This document shows positions 9,252-19,590 of a stretch of DNA of 64,000 nucleotides, one piece after another. Positions within the stretch are counted from its first letter, which is position 1, and each line of letters starts with the position of its first letter. Origin of the DNA: Candidatus Gottesmanbacteria bacterium UBA6580 (GTDB taxonomy: Bacteria; Patescibacteriota; Microgenomatia; UBA10105; UBA927); assembly GCA_002433895.1 (NCBI GenBank), contig DJJA01000003.1:575745-639744 (forward strand). Direction: 5' to 3'. Under the pieces are notes generated by a model, which had not been told where the DNA came from, did no database searches, and saw nothing but the letters and a program-made list of their open reading frames with translations. The translations under genes were made by a program, and so were the position numbers.

Positions 9252-9965
9252 ATGCTCACCGCAAATAACTACGGGATCTACGAGTCATCACTTCTCACCT
9301 CAATAGCGATACGTCACGGATATTCAGCCAAGTCCCACGGGGACACGAGAGATCAGGCGGTGCTCGATAGTATTTTAGGCCGTGGCGGCTGGAGTTTTGG
9401 GCAATATGTGGGAGCCGAGCAGGTACACGGAAATGGCATTGCCCATGTCGATCATGTGCAGCCCGAAGTGCGCGCTGTAGACGGATTAGTGACGGGGAAA
9501 TCCGGATTAGTGCTCGGGGTGAAAACTGCTGACTGTGTGCCATTACTTTTGGCCGATCCAGACGCACGCATTGTCGCAGCGGTGCACGCCGGTTGGCGGG
9601 GGACAATCGCGGAAATAGCAATGAAAGCTGTCGCCGCGATGGTTGCAAAGGGTGCGAACCCGGCTGCGATCAGGGTATCTATCGGTCCGCATATCGGGGC
9701 GTGTTGTTATTCCGTTTCCAGTGACCGGGCGGCACGGTTTATAGAGTATTTTGGTGACCAGAGCGGCATTGTTACGAAAGAAGGTGATGGTTGGTATCTT
9801 GATTTGGGGAAAGCAAACGCGCATCTCCTGACAAAAATGGGAGTACATCCCGATTATATAGAAATAAATGAGTTGTGCACTTCCTGCCAATCTGACACAT
9901 TTTACTCTTATAGAAAACATAAAGATAACGGTTTCGGAGAGATGGTAAGTTTTATCAGCGTGTAG
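9252..9965 (+). CDS. pgeF: Peptidoglycan editing factor / purine nucleoside phosphorylase PgeF (YfiH)
   Basis: QVHG, DGLVT, TADCVP, HAGWRG, GPHIG.CCY and FYSYR motifs. Confidence 0.93.
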   Translation: MLTANNYGIYESSLLTSIAIRHGYSAKSHGDTRDQAVLDSILGRGGWSFGQYVGAEQVHGNGIAHVDHVQPEVRAVDGLVTGKSGLVLGVKTADCVPLLLADPDARIVAAVHAGWRGTIAEIAMKAVAAMVAKGANPAAIRVSIGPHIGACCYSVSSDRAARFIEYFGDQSGIVTKEGDGWYLDLGKANAHLLTKMGVHPDYIEINELCTSCQSDTFYSYRKHKDNGFGEMVSFISV

Positions 9966-9970
9966 CACAT

Positions 9971-11398
9971 ATGAAACAATCCAGTGTCCCGTCAAAAAAA
10001 TCCACCAGACGTCACGCGCACCTTGTCGGGATCAAAGGTGTGGCCATGGCAGCGCTCGCGGTGTATCTATCCGAGGCTGGGTATAAAGTGACTGGTAGTG
10101 ATGTCCCGGAGCATTTCCCCACGCAAGATGAGCTGGAGCAAAAAGGTATCCCCGTAGAGGAGGGGTTTGATGCGTCGAGAGTTCAGGGGGTAAATAAACC
10201 GGATGTGCTGTATTACACGGGCGCGCACGGCGGAAGGGACAACGCTGAGGTGGCGGCGGCAAAAAGCGCCGGAGTACCCGTTTACCCGCACGGTCAGGGG
10301 TTAGGTAATATCATGGAAGGCAGCCGGGCGGTTGTCGTTGCGGGAAGTCATGGGAAAACAACCACCAGCGCTATGATAGCCGCGCTGCTGACACATGCGA
10401 AATTCCGCCCGAGTTATGCCATAGGGTGCGGTTCTATAGGCGGTTTGGGCGCGGCGGGGCATAAAGGCGAGAGTGGCTGGTTTATTGCTGAGGGGGATGA
10501 GTATATTACGGATCCTACCCACGACACTACCCCACGGTTCCACTGGTTAACACCCGAGATACTCGTGGTTACCAACATCGACTATGATCACCCGGATGCG
10601 TATGCCGATCTCCAAAAAGTGCAGGACGCGTTTGTGGCACTGCAGCAAAAATCCGGGATCACGATATATAATGCGGATGATAAAAACAGTGCGGTGTTGG
10701 CACGTTCCGGTAAAGTGACCTCATACGGTTTTTCCCCCAACGCCGAATACCGCATCGTGAGAGTTGCCGACGGACGGGAGCGGATGTTTTTTTCTCTTGA
10801 AGAGCGGGGGGTGTTACTCGGAGAATTTACCCTAAAAGTGCCAGGACGGCACAATGTGTTAAACGCGACCGCTGCGATGATCGCGTCGCATATCGCGGGG
10901 GTTGGTTGGGACGTGCTGCGGGAGGGTTTGCTGACATTCACGGGAACAAAGCGCCGGTTTGAGTGTCTTGGATTAGATGGCGGCGTCGTGTGGTACGATG
11001 ATTACGCGCATCATCCGACGGAAATTGCTGCGACATTGAAAGCCGCAAGGACATGGTATCCCGATTCACGGATTATCGCGGTTTTCCAGCCGCACACCTA
11101 CTCACGGACGAAATCATTGCTGAATGAATTTGGCCGGGCGTTTACGGATTGTGACACCGTGTTATTCACCGATATTTATGCTTCAGCACGGGAGCATGAC
11201 ACGCTAGGGATACATGGCAATACCCTGGTTTTTGAAACCGCGAAAAATCATCACGACGCGCATTTTGTAAAAGACAAAAACGCGGTTATAGAAAAGCTGA
11301 AAACACTTATAAAACCGGGAGATGTTGTGATATTTATGGGGGCAGGAGATATTTATAATTGGGAAGGTGAGATAATAGCATCGGTAACGAAAGGTTGA
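9971..11398 (+). CDS. murC: UDP-N-acetylmuramate--L-alanine ligase
   Basis: HLVGIKGVAM, AGSHGKTTTS, EGDEY, TNIDYDHPD, RRFE, DDYAHHPTEI, FQPHTYSRT, MGAGDI. Confidence 0.95.
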   Translation: MKQSSVPSKKSTRRHAHLVGIKGVAMAALAVYLSEAGYKVTGSDVPEHFPTQDELEQKGIPVEEGFDASRVQGVNKPDVLYYTGAHGGRDNAEVAAAKSAGVPVYPHGQGLGNIMEGSRAVVVAGSHGKTTTSAMIAALLTHAKFRPSYAIGCGSIGGLGAAGHKGESGWFIAEGDEYITDPTHDTTPRFHWLTPEILVVTNIDYDHPDAYADLQKVQDAFVALQQKSGITIYNADDKNSAVLARSGKVTSYGFSPNAEYRIVRVADGRERMFFSLEERGVLLGEFTLKVPGRHNVLNATAAMIASHIAGVGWDVLREGLLTFTGTKRRFECLGLDGGVVWYDDYAHHPTEIAATLKAARTWYPDSRIIAVFQPHTYSRTKSLLNEFGRAFTDCDTVLFTDIYASAREHDTLGIHGNTLVFETAKNHHDAHFVKDKNAVIEKLKTLIKPGDVVIFMGAGDIYNWEGEIIASVTKG

Positions 11399-11402
11399 TT
11401 AT

Positions 11403-12386
11403 ATGGAACAACTGTACAGAGCTAAACTAAAAGAAATACTCGGGGCGAAGCTGAAAGAACAGGAACCACTGGCGCCGTATACGACGTTTAAAATAGGAGG
11501 CCCCGCGGATTTTTTTTATGACGCGAAAACGAAAGATGAATTAGTGCTTGCCATCAAAGCCGCGCGCGAGGCTCAATCACCGTTTTTTATTCTCGGCGGA
11601 GGGACAAATATTCTTATCGGTGACCGTGGGATACGCGGACTGGTTATAAAAAATTCTACCCAGAATATCGCTATCCGTGGAGTGCGTGGTTCCATGGAGC
11701 CGGGCAGTAATAAACGAACTGTATTTGTAGAAGCGGATTCCGGCGTACCGATCAATAAACTCGTCCGGTTCACCATAGAAGAAGGCTTGTCGGGACTTGA
11801 AATGCAGTTAGGGCTTCCGGGAAGTGTCGGAGGCGCGGTATATATGAATTCCAAATGGACAAAGCCGGAAGGATATGTCGGCGATGCGGTGTATCAGGCG
11901 ACGATACTCACTCCCGATAACACCATAAAAGAAGTATCCAAAGAATATTTTGATTTTGCCTATGATTTCAGCACAATCCAAAAAACTGGTGACATTGTAT
12001 TGTCTGTAGTTTTCGCGCTGCTTCAGGATGATAAAGAGCGTTTGTGGGCTATAGCAAACTCAAGTATCGCGTACCGGAGAGGGTCGCAACCACAGGGGGT
12101 TTTTTCAGCGGGATGCACATTTAAAAATATTTCTAAAGTGCAGGCACTCACTGCGGCAACCCCCGGACTCACTACCTCCGCGGGATTTCTCGTTGATAAT
12201 GCCGGCTTGAAAGGGGCAACCGTTGGAGACGCGGAAATTTCTCCGGTACACGCAAATTTTATTGTCAACCGCCGTCATGCCAAGGCGTCTGACGTGGTAG
12301 AATTGATAGAACGGGCACGGACCGCGGTGAAAGACAAGTTCGGCGTCGTTTTGGAAGAAGAAATACGGAAAGTCGGAGAATTTTAA
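11403..12386 (+). CDS. murB: UDP-N-acetylenolpyruvoylglucosamine reductase
   Basis: TTFKIGGPAD, GGGTNIL, GLPGSVGGAVYMN, SAGCTFKN, HANFIVN. Confidence 0.96.
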   Translation: MEQLYRAKLKEILGAKLKEQEPLAPYTTFKIGGPADFFYDAKTKDELVLAIKAAREAQSPFFILGGGTNILIGDRGIRGLVIKNSTQNIAIRGVRGSMEPGSNKRTVFVEADSGVPINKLVRFTIEEGLSGLEMQLGLPGSVGGAVYMNSKWTKPEGYVGDAVYQATILTPDNTIKEVSKEYFDFAYDFSTIQKTGDIVLSVVFALLQDDKERLWAIANSSIAYRRGSQPQGVFSAGCTFKNISKVQALTAATPGLTTSAGFLVDNAGLKGATVGDAEISPVHANFIVNRRHAKASDVVELIERARTAVKDKFGVVLEEEIRKVGEF

Positions 12387-12390
12387 CATT

Positions 12391-13731
12391 ATGGATACCT
12401 TTATCATAAAAGGCGGCGCGCCGCTTCATGGCAATATTCGGGTAAATGGGGCCAAGAATGTGGCGCTCAAAATCCTTATCGCGTCACTTCTTACCGACGA
12501 GGAAATTATTATCCATAACGTTCCTCATCTTAAAGATGTTTTTTCCCTGATAGAGGTATTAAAAAGTCTTGGCGTGAAAGCGGAGTTTGCCGAGCATGAC
12601 TTGCGGATAAAAAATGGCACGATGGCACAAAATCCTACCGTGCCTCTCGATATCGGTGCGAAACTACGGACTTCTTCAATGGTATTGGGGCCGTTACTCG
12701 CCCGTTACGGCAAAGCCGATGTGCCAAATCCGGGCGGTTGCCGTTTGGGGGCACGGCCGATTGACCGGCATATCGAAGGATTGCAGGATATGGGTGCGGT
12801 TATTTCGTATGATTCCGATGACGGGTTTTTTCACGCGCATGCTACCCGGCTTCATGGTGCGACGATACATTTTCCCAAAAATACGCATACCGGGACAGAA
12901 ACGATTATATTGGCCGCAGTACTCGCTGACGGCAAGACAATTATCGAAAACGCCGCGGAAGAAGTTGAAGTCGATGATCTTATCACCTGTCTCAATCTCA
13001 TGGGCGCCAACGTAAAAAGGGTAAGTCCAAGAGTGATCGAAATTACCGGGGTCACAAAACTTCACGGAGTGGAGTATACGATTATGCCGGATAGGAACGA
13101 AGAAGTGACGTTTGCGATAGCCGCGGCAATTACCGGAGGAGATATAACAGTAGACGCCTCTCAACCCAAGCACTTATCGGCGTTTTTGGATGTTTTTGCC
13201 CGTGCCGGTGGGAAATACGAAATATTGGATGCCACCCATACCCGGTATAGCCGGGGAGAAGTACTGAAGCCTACCGACGTTATCACTTTGCCTCATCCGG
13301 GATTTATGACGGACTGGCAAGCGCCATGGGCAGTGTTTATGACACAGGCAGGAGGTATTTCTACGATACATGAGGCGGTATTTGAAAGCCGCTTTTCGTA
13401 TGTTTCGGAGCTTCAGAAAATGGGTGCCGATATCGCATTTTATGATCCGGAAGTGGAAAACGCGCGGGAGTATTACAATTTTAATTGGGAAGACCGGAAA
13501 GAAGGATATCATCAGGGAATACGGATCAGTGGTCCGTCGAAACTCCACAACGCGGTGCTTTCGGTCGATGACATCAGGGCAGGCGCGTCATTAGTGCTGG
13601 CGGCACTTGTAGCAACGGGAGAAAGTTATCTCAATAACGTTGAGCTTATCGACCGGGGATACGAAGATTTGGAAGGGAGACTGGGGAGTATCGGAGCGAC
13701 GATACGGAGAAAGAAGGAGCCGGAAGTATGA
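12391..13731 (+). CDS. murA: UDP-N-acetylglucosamine 1-carboxyvinyltransferase
   Basis: GAKN, PGGCRLGARPID.H, PHPGFMTD.Q, DIRAGA, IDRGYE. Confidence 0.97.
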   Translation: MDTFIIKGGAPLHGNIRVNGAKNVALKILIASLLTDEEIIIHNVPHLKDVFSLIEVLKSLGVKAEFAEHDLRIKNGTMAQNPTVPLDIGAKLRTSSMVLGPLLARYGKADVPNPGGCRLGARPIDRHIEGLQDMGAVISYDSDDGFFHAHATRLHGATIHFPKNTHTGTETIILAAVLADGKTIIENAAEEVEVDDLITCLNLMGANVKRVSPRVIEITGVTKLHGVEYTIMPDRNEEVTFAIAAAITGGDITVDASQPKHLSAFLDVFARAGGKYEILDATHTRYSRGEVLKPTDVITLPHPGFMTDWQAPWAVFMTQAGGISTIHEAVFESRFSYVSELQKMGADIAFYDPEVENAREYYNFNWEDRKEGYHQGIRISGPSKLHNAVLSVDDIRAGASLVLAALVATGESYLNNVELIDRGYEDLEGRLGSIGATIRRKKEPEV

Positions 13732-15038
13732 AAAAGGGGCTTATTGTTGTCGTGTTGGCTGCCGGTATCGGGAAGCGGTTTTGGCCATTTACGACCGACA
13801 AAAGCGTATTTCCCGCAGTCGACGAGCCGCTCATTTTTCATAATCTGAAAAAACTTGAAGCTGCCGGGTTTTCCCGTTTTTTGATAATCACCAATCCCGC
13901 AAATGACGCGCTTATTGCATCACGCCCGGTTCCCGTGGGCATTGAGACTGCCACGAGTATTCAAAAAGAACCGGGAGGTATGGCTGACGCATTGCTTTCC
14001 GCACGGCCGCTGCTCGAGGGTCATCCGATACTTGTCGTCAATGCTGAGGATCTCGTTGAGGACACACTCTATAAAGACATCGCTTCCGGTATCCGGAAGA
14101 GCGAGCCGTTTATCGTCGGAAAATATACCGAAAAATACTTTGACGGCGGCTACATTAAGCTTTCACAAAACAGGCTTATGAGCATTGTCGAAAAACCGGG
14201 TGAAGGCCAGGAACCCAGCAAATATATTAATCTTGTGTTCCATTTTTTTCCCGTCGCCGATATATTCCTTGACCGTCTGCGGTTGGTAAAAACTTCCCGT
14301 GATGACCGGTATGAAAAAGCGCTCGATATGTTTGCGAGTGAATTTGCGGTATCAGTCATTTCATATGATGGGCACTGGACCCCGTTTAAGTATCCATGGC
14401 ATGTGCTGGACGCGATGCAGTATTTACTTACCCACTCATTAACGTCCGGAAAGGGAAAGAATGTTGATATACATAACAATGTAAGTTTGGAGGGGACAGT
14501 GCGTATCGGCAATAATGTGAAGATTTTTGAAAATACAAAAATAGTCGGTCCTGTGTATATTGGCGATAACACGATTATCGGCAACAACAACATCATACGG
14601 GATACAGTTATCGGGAATAACTGTGTTACCGGATTTAACACCGACATCACGCGTAGTTATATAGGAGATAACTGTTGGTTTCACAGCAATTACATTGGGG
14701 ACAGCGTACTTGAAGGCGATGTCAGTATGGGATCGGGATCGGTGCTCGCGAATTTACGGTTAGATGAGGCCGAAATTTACTCGGTCATTTCCAACGAAAA
14801 GAAAAATACACAGCGTGCTAAGTTGGGCGCAATGATTGGCCGGAATGTACGGATAGGAGTGAATGCCAGCATTATGCCCGGGGTGAAAATCGGGGCGAAT
14901 TCGTTTGTGGGCGCGGGCGTCGTGTTGGATAAGGATATTCCGGAGGATTCGTTCTGTATGATGCAGCCGGGTTATGTCGTGAAAAAAAATAAAGTGAAAA
15001 TCTCCGGAGACAGAGCCGCGTACAAAGCAAAGTTATAA
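13728..15038 (+). CDS. GlmU-like bifunctional sugar-1-phosphate nucleotidyltransferase/acetyltransferase
   Basis: LAAGIGKRFWP N-terminal motif, YPW and hexapeptide left-handed beta-helix; SNYIGDS..G..V.MGSG..LANLR resembles the archaeal-type GlmU family. Confidence 0.8.
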   Translation: MKKGLIVVVLAAGIGKRFWPFTTDKSVFPAVDEPLIFHNLKKLEAAGFSRFLIITNPANDALIASRPVPVGIETATSIQKEPGGMADALLSARPLLEGHPILVVNAEDLVEDTLYKDIASGIRKSEPFIVGKYTEKYFDGGYIKLSQNRLMSIVEKPGEGQEPSKYINLVFHFFPVADIFLDRLRLVKTSRDDRYEKALDMFASEFAVSVISYDGHWTPFKYPWHVLDAMQYLLTHSLTSGKGKNVDIHNNVSLEGTVRIGNNVKIFENTKIVGPVYIGDNTIIGNNNIIRDTVIGNNCVTGFNTDITRSYIGDNCWFHSNYIGDSVLEGDVSMGSGSVLANLRLDEAEIYSVISNEKKNTQRAKLGAMIGRNVRIGVNASIMPGVKIGANSFVGAGVVLDKDIPEDSFCMMQPGYVVKKNKVKISGDRAAYKAKL

Positions 15039-15042
15039 CGAT

Positions 15043-15762
15043 ATGAAGCGCCGCACTATAATTATTCTCCATGGGTGGAATTTGTCGGGAGCACGGTTTA
15101 CGCCACTGGCCACCGAGTTTATAAAAATGGGACACACGGTGTATACCCCAGATTTCCCCGGATTTGGGAATGAGCCGGCACCAGCGGAGCCATGGCATGT
15201 CGTGGATTATGCAAAGTTTCTGAAAGCGTACATAAAAAAGCATAAAATAACGGATCCGATTTTAGTGGGCCACTCGTTTGGCGGTAGAGTCGCGCTTAAA
15301 TTTGTGGAGTTGTATCCTACTGGCGCGCGCGCGATGGTGCTCACGGGCACACCGGGATTTAGCCCCATACCTTCCAAGAAATTATTATTTTTCTTGGTTA
15401 TTTCAAAAATCGGCGGTATGCTTTTCGCGTTACCAATCCTCAATATGCTCGCTGACCGTGCCCGGAGGTTGTTGTATTATATTGCGGGAGCCAGGGAGTT
15501 TTTGCGCGCAGAAGGGCCGATGCGGCAAACGTTCAAATATATTGTTGCGGACGACCTCGTGGGGAGTATGACATCGGTGCGTATTCCATGTCTGTTGGTG
15601 TGGGGGGAGCATGATACGATTGTTCCGCTTGCTATCGCGAAACGTATGCATGAAACTATTCCTGGTTCAACGCTGACGGTAATACCGGAGGAAGGTCACG
15701 CGGTTCCTTTCAAGCAGGCGGGCGTGTTTGCCTCATACACCAAGAAATTTTTAGAAGTATAA
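15043..15762 (+). CDS. Alpha/beta hydrolase
   Basis: LHGW, DFPGFG, GHSFGG nucleophile elbow, WGEHD and GH catalytic residues. Confidence 0.9.
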   Translation: MKRRTIIILHGWNLSGARFTPLATEFIKMGHTVYTPDFPGFGNEPAPAEPWHVVDYAKFLKAYIKKHKITDPILVGHSFGGRVALKFVELYPTGARAMVLTGTPGFSPIPSKKLLFFLVISKIGGMLFALPILNMLADRARRLLYYIAGAREFLRAEGPMRQTFKYIVADDLVGSMTSVRIPCLLVWGEHDTIVPLAIAKRMHETIPGSTLTVIPEEGHAVPFKQAGVFASYTKKFLEV

Positions 15763-15766
15763 CGTT

Positions 15767-17368
15767 ATGGAGATATTAACAACGTTGGGGGTAGTAGGGT
15801 TTATTCTTCGTCTAAGCCATAAAATTACCGGTTTGCTCTTTCTTTGGTGGAGAAAAGAATACCGGTGGGACCGGATGCTGGTTCATTTGCGGACAAAACA
15901 GGGGGAAACGGTTCTGTTGGGCAAAACACATATTATCCTTATTGCTTTTGCATTGATGTGGGCGCTTGAGGGCATACAACATATTGTCTATATGCTCGTT
16001 GGATTAACGGCGTTTGCGCTTGGGTTTATGTATACCCGGAGTATACGTACGTGGCTTATCCCACCACTATCTCCTAAAGTAGTGTTGCTGTTTGTCGCGC
16101 TATGTGCCGTTATCCTGTTTTTGGCGTTGTGGTCTCCGCTTCCAATATTGATTGCACTGCTTATTGCTGACCTTTTGTTATTTCCGACAAGTTTGCTGAT
16201 AGTTGTTGGTATGTCGTTGCCAACCAAGGCATATCACTGGCTTCAGATAGCAAAAGCGGTGAAAGTGTTACGCGCACATGCGCCAATGACGGTCATTGGT
16301 ATAACCGGCAGTTATGGAAAAACATCAGTCAAAGACTATATATCGGCTATCCTGGGTTCGTCCAATAAGACCTTAAAAACCTCTGCGAGCAAAAACTCAC
16401 CGATCGGCATTGCGGAGGTCATACTACAATCCCTGAAATCTTCCCACACCCACTTTGTCGTGGAGATGGGCGCATACAAACGGGGTGAAATACGGGAGAT
16501 GTCGGCAATGGTGCGTCCTGAGATAGGGGTACTTACTGCGATAAATCCTCAACATCAGGATCTTTTCGGTTCCATAGAGACCACGATGAAAGCAAAATAT
16601 GAATTGCTTCAGGGCCTTGTCGGCAAAAAGATCGCGATAGTAAATCTTGATGATGCAAAAACAAGACAAATGGGCGCGTGGGCAAAGAAAGACGGATGCG
16701 ATGTGTGGGGCTGGTCGAGGCAGTCTACACTTCCGGAAAGTGTCGTCCCCGCGGCACACACATTCAGAGCCGGAAATATTGATGTCACCGATCACAGTGT
16801 TTCATTTGATTGCATTATTGGCCGCGAAAAGGCACATATTGAGGCGGCAGTTGTCGGCGAGCATCAGGTGGGAAATATATTGGCTGCAATTGCCGCCGCG
16901 GTAGCCGGGGGTATGAAGTTTAAAGATGCTGCGGCAGCAGTAAAAAATTTGCAGGCAGCGCCAAAAGTTATGGAGGTTATCCCGGGTATTCACGGATCGG
17001 TATTTATTGACGACACATTTAATAACAATCCTGACGCGGCCAAAGCTGCCATTCAATTCTTAGGGAGGAATAAAGGCAAAAAAATATTAGTGTTTCAGCC
17101 GATGATTGAGCTTGGTGCGTTTGCCGAAGCCTCACACGAGGCAGTGGGAGCGGAGGCTGCCCGGAATGCAGATGCCATATTTTTGACAAACGCGAATTTT
17201 TTCAGCGCATTTTCCCGGGGAGTAAAAAGTGTCGCGTCTGGCGTGCCATTATCGGTTGCGAAACCATCAGCAATCGCAGAATATATTACCAAACACGTGA
17301 AGAAAAATGATATGGTATTGTTTAAAGGTAAGGATGCGGAGCACGCACTGAAGCTCATAAAAGTGTGA
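15767..17368 (+). CDS. murF: MurF ligase with N-terminal transmembrane extension
   Basis: About 4 N-terminal TM segments, then GITGSYGKTSVK, VVEMGAY..GEI, QH..LFGS, IDDTFN.NP, MIELG. Confidence 0.88.
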   Translation: MEILTTLGVVGFILRLSHKITGLLFLWWRKEYRWDRMLVHLRTKQGETVLLGKTHIILIAFALMWALEGIQHIVYMLVGLTAFALGFMYTRSIRTWLIPPLSPKVVLLFVALCAVILFLALWSPLPILIALLIADLLLFPTSLLIVVGMSLPTKAYHWLQIAKAVKVLRAHAPMTVIGITGSYGKTSVKDYISAILGSSNKTLKTSASKNSPIGIAEVILQSLKSSHTHFVVEMGAYKRGEIREMSAMVRPEIGVLTAINPQHQDLFGSIETTMKAKYELLQGLVGKKIAIVNLDDAKTRQMGAWAKKDGCDVWGWSRQSTLPESVVPAAHTFRAGNIDVTDHSVSFDCIIGREKAHIEAAVVGEHQVGNILAAIAAAVAGGMKFKDAAAAVKNLQAAPKVMEVIPGIHGSVFIDDTFNNNPDAAKAAIQFLGRNKGKKILVFQPMIELGAFAEASHEAVGAEAARNADAIFLTNANFFSAFSRGVKSVASGVPLSVAKPSAIAEYITKHVKKNDMVLFKGKDAEHALKLIKV

Positions 17369-18612
17369 GTATGATGAAATACTTCCGTAAGGTTATCTCT
17401 GCCTCTCTTTCCCCGAATACGGAAACTGATGATGTGGCCGCGGCAGTAGCAGCACTTTTTTCTCCCTGGCGATGGCACCAGGGCAGCGACATAAAGGCAG
17501 TCAAGCAATGGTTTACCGGTCATTTCCCCACCAAGCACGTCACACTGTATAACAGTGGCCGGTCAGCGCTCTATGCGATACTGCGGGCGTTCGGCATTGG
17601 TAAAGGAGACGAAGTGATCGTACAGGCATTCACATGTGTTGCGGTGCCCAACAGCGTACTGTGGGCGGGCGCAACACCGGTATACGCCGATATAGACGGG
17701 ACATATAATCTGGATCCTGTTGATCTCGAAAAACACATAACCCCCCGTACGAAAGCGGTTATTGTGCAGAATACCTTCGGTATACCGGCAAATATGGATG
17801 CGTTAGTTACCCTCACGAAAAAATATAAGTTATTGCTTATCGAAGATTGCGCACACGCGCTTGGCGCATTCTATAAAGGAAAGCGGGTGGGATCGTTTGG
17901 CGACGCGGCGTTTTTTAGCTTTGGGCGTGACAAAGTACTTTCCAGCGTGTGGGGTGGGGCAGCGATTATCCATAACGACTGCCGCGTGGTGGATGCCACG
18001 GCAAAAATCCATACATTCCACAGCCGGCTTCTGATGCCCAATGCTTCCTGGATAGTGCAGCAGCTGCTCCATCCTTTGGCGTTCGCGTTTATTATCCCTT
18101 GGTACAATTTGGGGATTGGCAAGCTTCTCCTCGTGTTCCTGCAACGGATGAATATGTTGTCATTTCCGGTATATCCTGAGGAAAAATCCGGTGGTCGGCC
18201 CAAAGGTTTTCCGGCACAATATCCAAATGCACTCGCGAAACTACTCCGGGTGCAGCTCCGGAAACTTGACCGCTATGGAAATATGAGACGGGATATAGCC
18301 CAAATATATGCCAAAAAATTTTCAGATTTGCCGCATAATGTGCCGTATATTCCGGGGTCAGGTTACTTACGGTACCCAGTGTGGGTAGACGCTCCGGAGC
18401 AGTTGCGGCTTAAAGCAAAAAAGCGCGGTATACTATTGGGGAATTGGTATCATAATGTGATTGATCCAATCGGAGTTATACTTGAAAAAGTAGGATACAC
18501 TCCCGGAAGCTGCCCCCGCTCAGAAGAGGCAGCTAAACATCTCCTCAACCTTCCTACCCGTATCACTGCCAGGGAAAGTAGCCAAATACTTGTGTTATTC
18601 CGTACAATATAA
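17365..18612 (+). CDS. DegT/DnrJ/EryC1/StrS PLP-dependent aminotransferase
   Basis: SGRSAL, GDEVIV.AFTC.AV, IEDCAHALG, FSFGRDK...GG (PLP lysine). Confidence 0.9.
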   Translation: MSMMKYFRKVISASLSPNTETDDVAAAVAALFSPWRWHQGSDIKAVKQWFTGHFPTKHVTLYNSGRSALYAILRAFGIGKGDEVIVQAFTCVAVPNSVLWAGATPVYADIDGTYNLDPVDLEKHITPRTKAVIVQNTFGIPANMDALVTLTKKYKLLLIEDCAHALGAFYKGKRVGSFGDAAFFSFGRDKVLSSVWGGAAIIHNDCRVVDATAKIHTFHSRLLMPNASWIVQQLLHPLAFAFIIPWYNLGIGKLLLVFLQRMNMLSFPVYPEEKSGGRPKGFPAQYPNALAKLLRVQLRKLDRYGNMRRDIAQIYAKKFSDLPHNVPYIPGSGYLRYPVWVDAPEQLRLKAKKRGILLGNWYHNVIDPIGVILEKVGYTPGSCPRSEEAAKHLLNLPTRITARESSQILVLFRTI

Positions 18613-18615
18613 GGT

Positions 18616-19584
18616 ATGCAACTGAATTGGATTGACCTCGTTATCATCGCGTTTATCGCTTACGAGATTTACCGCGGATGGGAAAGCGGTTTTGCCGCGC
18701 TTCTGGCACATTTAGGGTCATTTTTGGCCTCATTGTGGCTTGCGGTCCGCTATCATGCCGTTGTCGGAAATTTCTTTGTCACAAAATTTGGGGTAGCTCC
18801 CTTGTGGAACGACGTCGTGGGATACGTCGTGATTGCATTAGCATCGCAGGCTGTGCTCGAAGAAATTTTTACATTAGCGGTCGGGAAGCTTCCCAAGAAG
18901 TTTCATACATCAAAAGTAAATCATTGGCTGGGCAGCGCGTTATCTTCGGTAAACGCATGTATTATTGTCGCTTTCTTTCTCTTGCTTATTCTTTCGCTGC
19001 CACTGCGGGGAACGGTGAAGCAGGATATACGGAACTCGACTATAGGTAGATGGTTTGTGGTGTTATCCGAACAGTATGGCGGAGAAGTGCAGTCTTCGCT
19101 TGAAGAGTTTGCGCGCGAGGCCCGGCGGTTTTTGACCGTTACGCCGGGAAGCCATGAGCGGCTGCCGGTCGATGTGCCGGAGCAGGGAATATCGTTTACT
19201 GTGGATCCAGCGACCGAAGCGCAAATGGTGACACTCGTAAATAAGGAACGCGCTGAAAATGGGCTTCCGGCACTTCAGATGGATCGCGATATTACCGAAG
19301 TATCGCGGGGCAAAAGCCGTGACATGTTTGAGCGGCGCTATTTTTCGCATTACGATCCGGATGGTAACAATGCGGCTGACAGGATGAATGACGCGGGTAT
19401 TTCGTATGCGGTAGTCGGAGAAAACCTGGCGTATGCCCCCAATCTTACCAGCGCGCATGAAGGCCTGATGAACAGTGAAGGGCACAGGGCAAACATTTTG
19501 GAAAGCAGATTTCGCCGGATTGGAATAGGCGTAATAGATGGTGGCTTTTACGGTAAAATGTTTACCCAGATTTTTGCAGATTAA
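18616..19584 (+). CDS. CvpA-family membrane domain fused to a CAP/SCP domain
   Basis: NWIDLVI...G...GF N-terminus with 4-5 TMs; C-terminal LVNKER..GL..L, YFSH, GENLA, MNSEGHRANIL, IGIG. Confidence 0.88.
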   Translation: MQLNWIDLVIIAFIAYEIYRGWESGFAALLAHLGSFLASLWLAVRYHAVVGNFFVTKFGVAPLWNDVVGYVVIALASQAVLEEIFTLAVGKLPKKFHTSKVNHWLGSALSSVNACIIVAFFLLLILSLPLRGTVKQDIRNSTIGRWFVVLSEQYGGEVQSSLEEFAREARRFLTVTPGSHERLPVDVPEQGISFTVDPATEAQMVTLVNKERAENGLPALQMDRDITEVSRGKSRDMFERRYFSHYDPDGNNAADRMNDAGISYAVVGENLAYAPNLTSAHEGLMNSEGHRANILESRFRRIGIGVIDGGFYGKMFTQIFAD

Positions 19585-19590
19585 ATTCCC

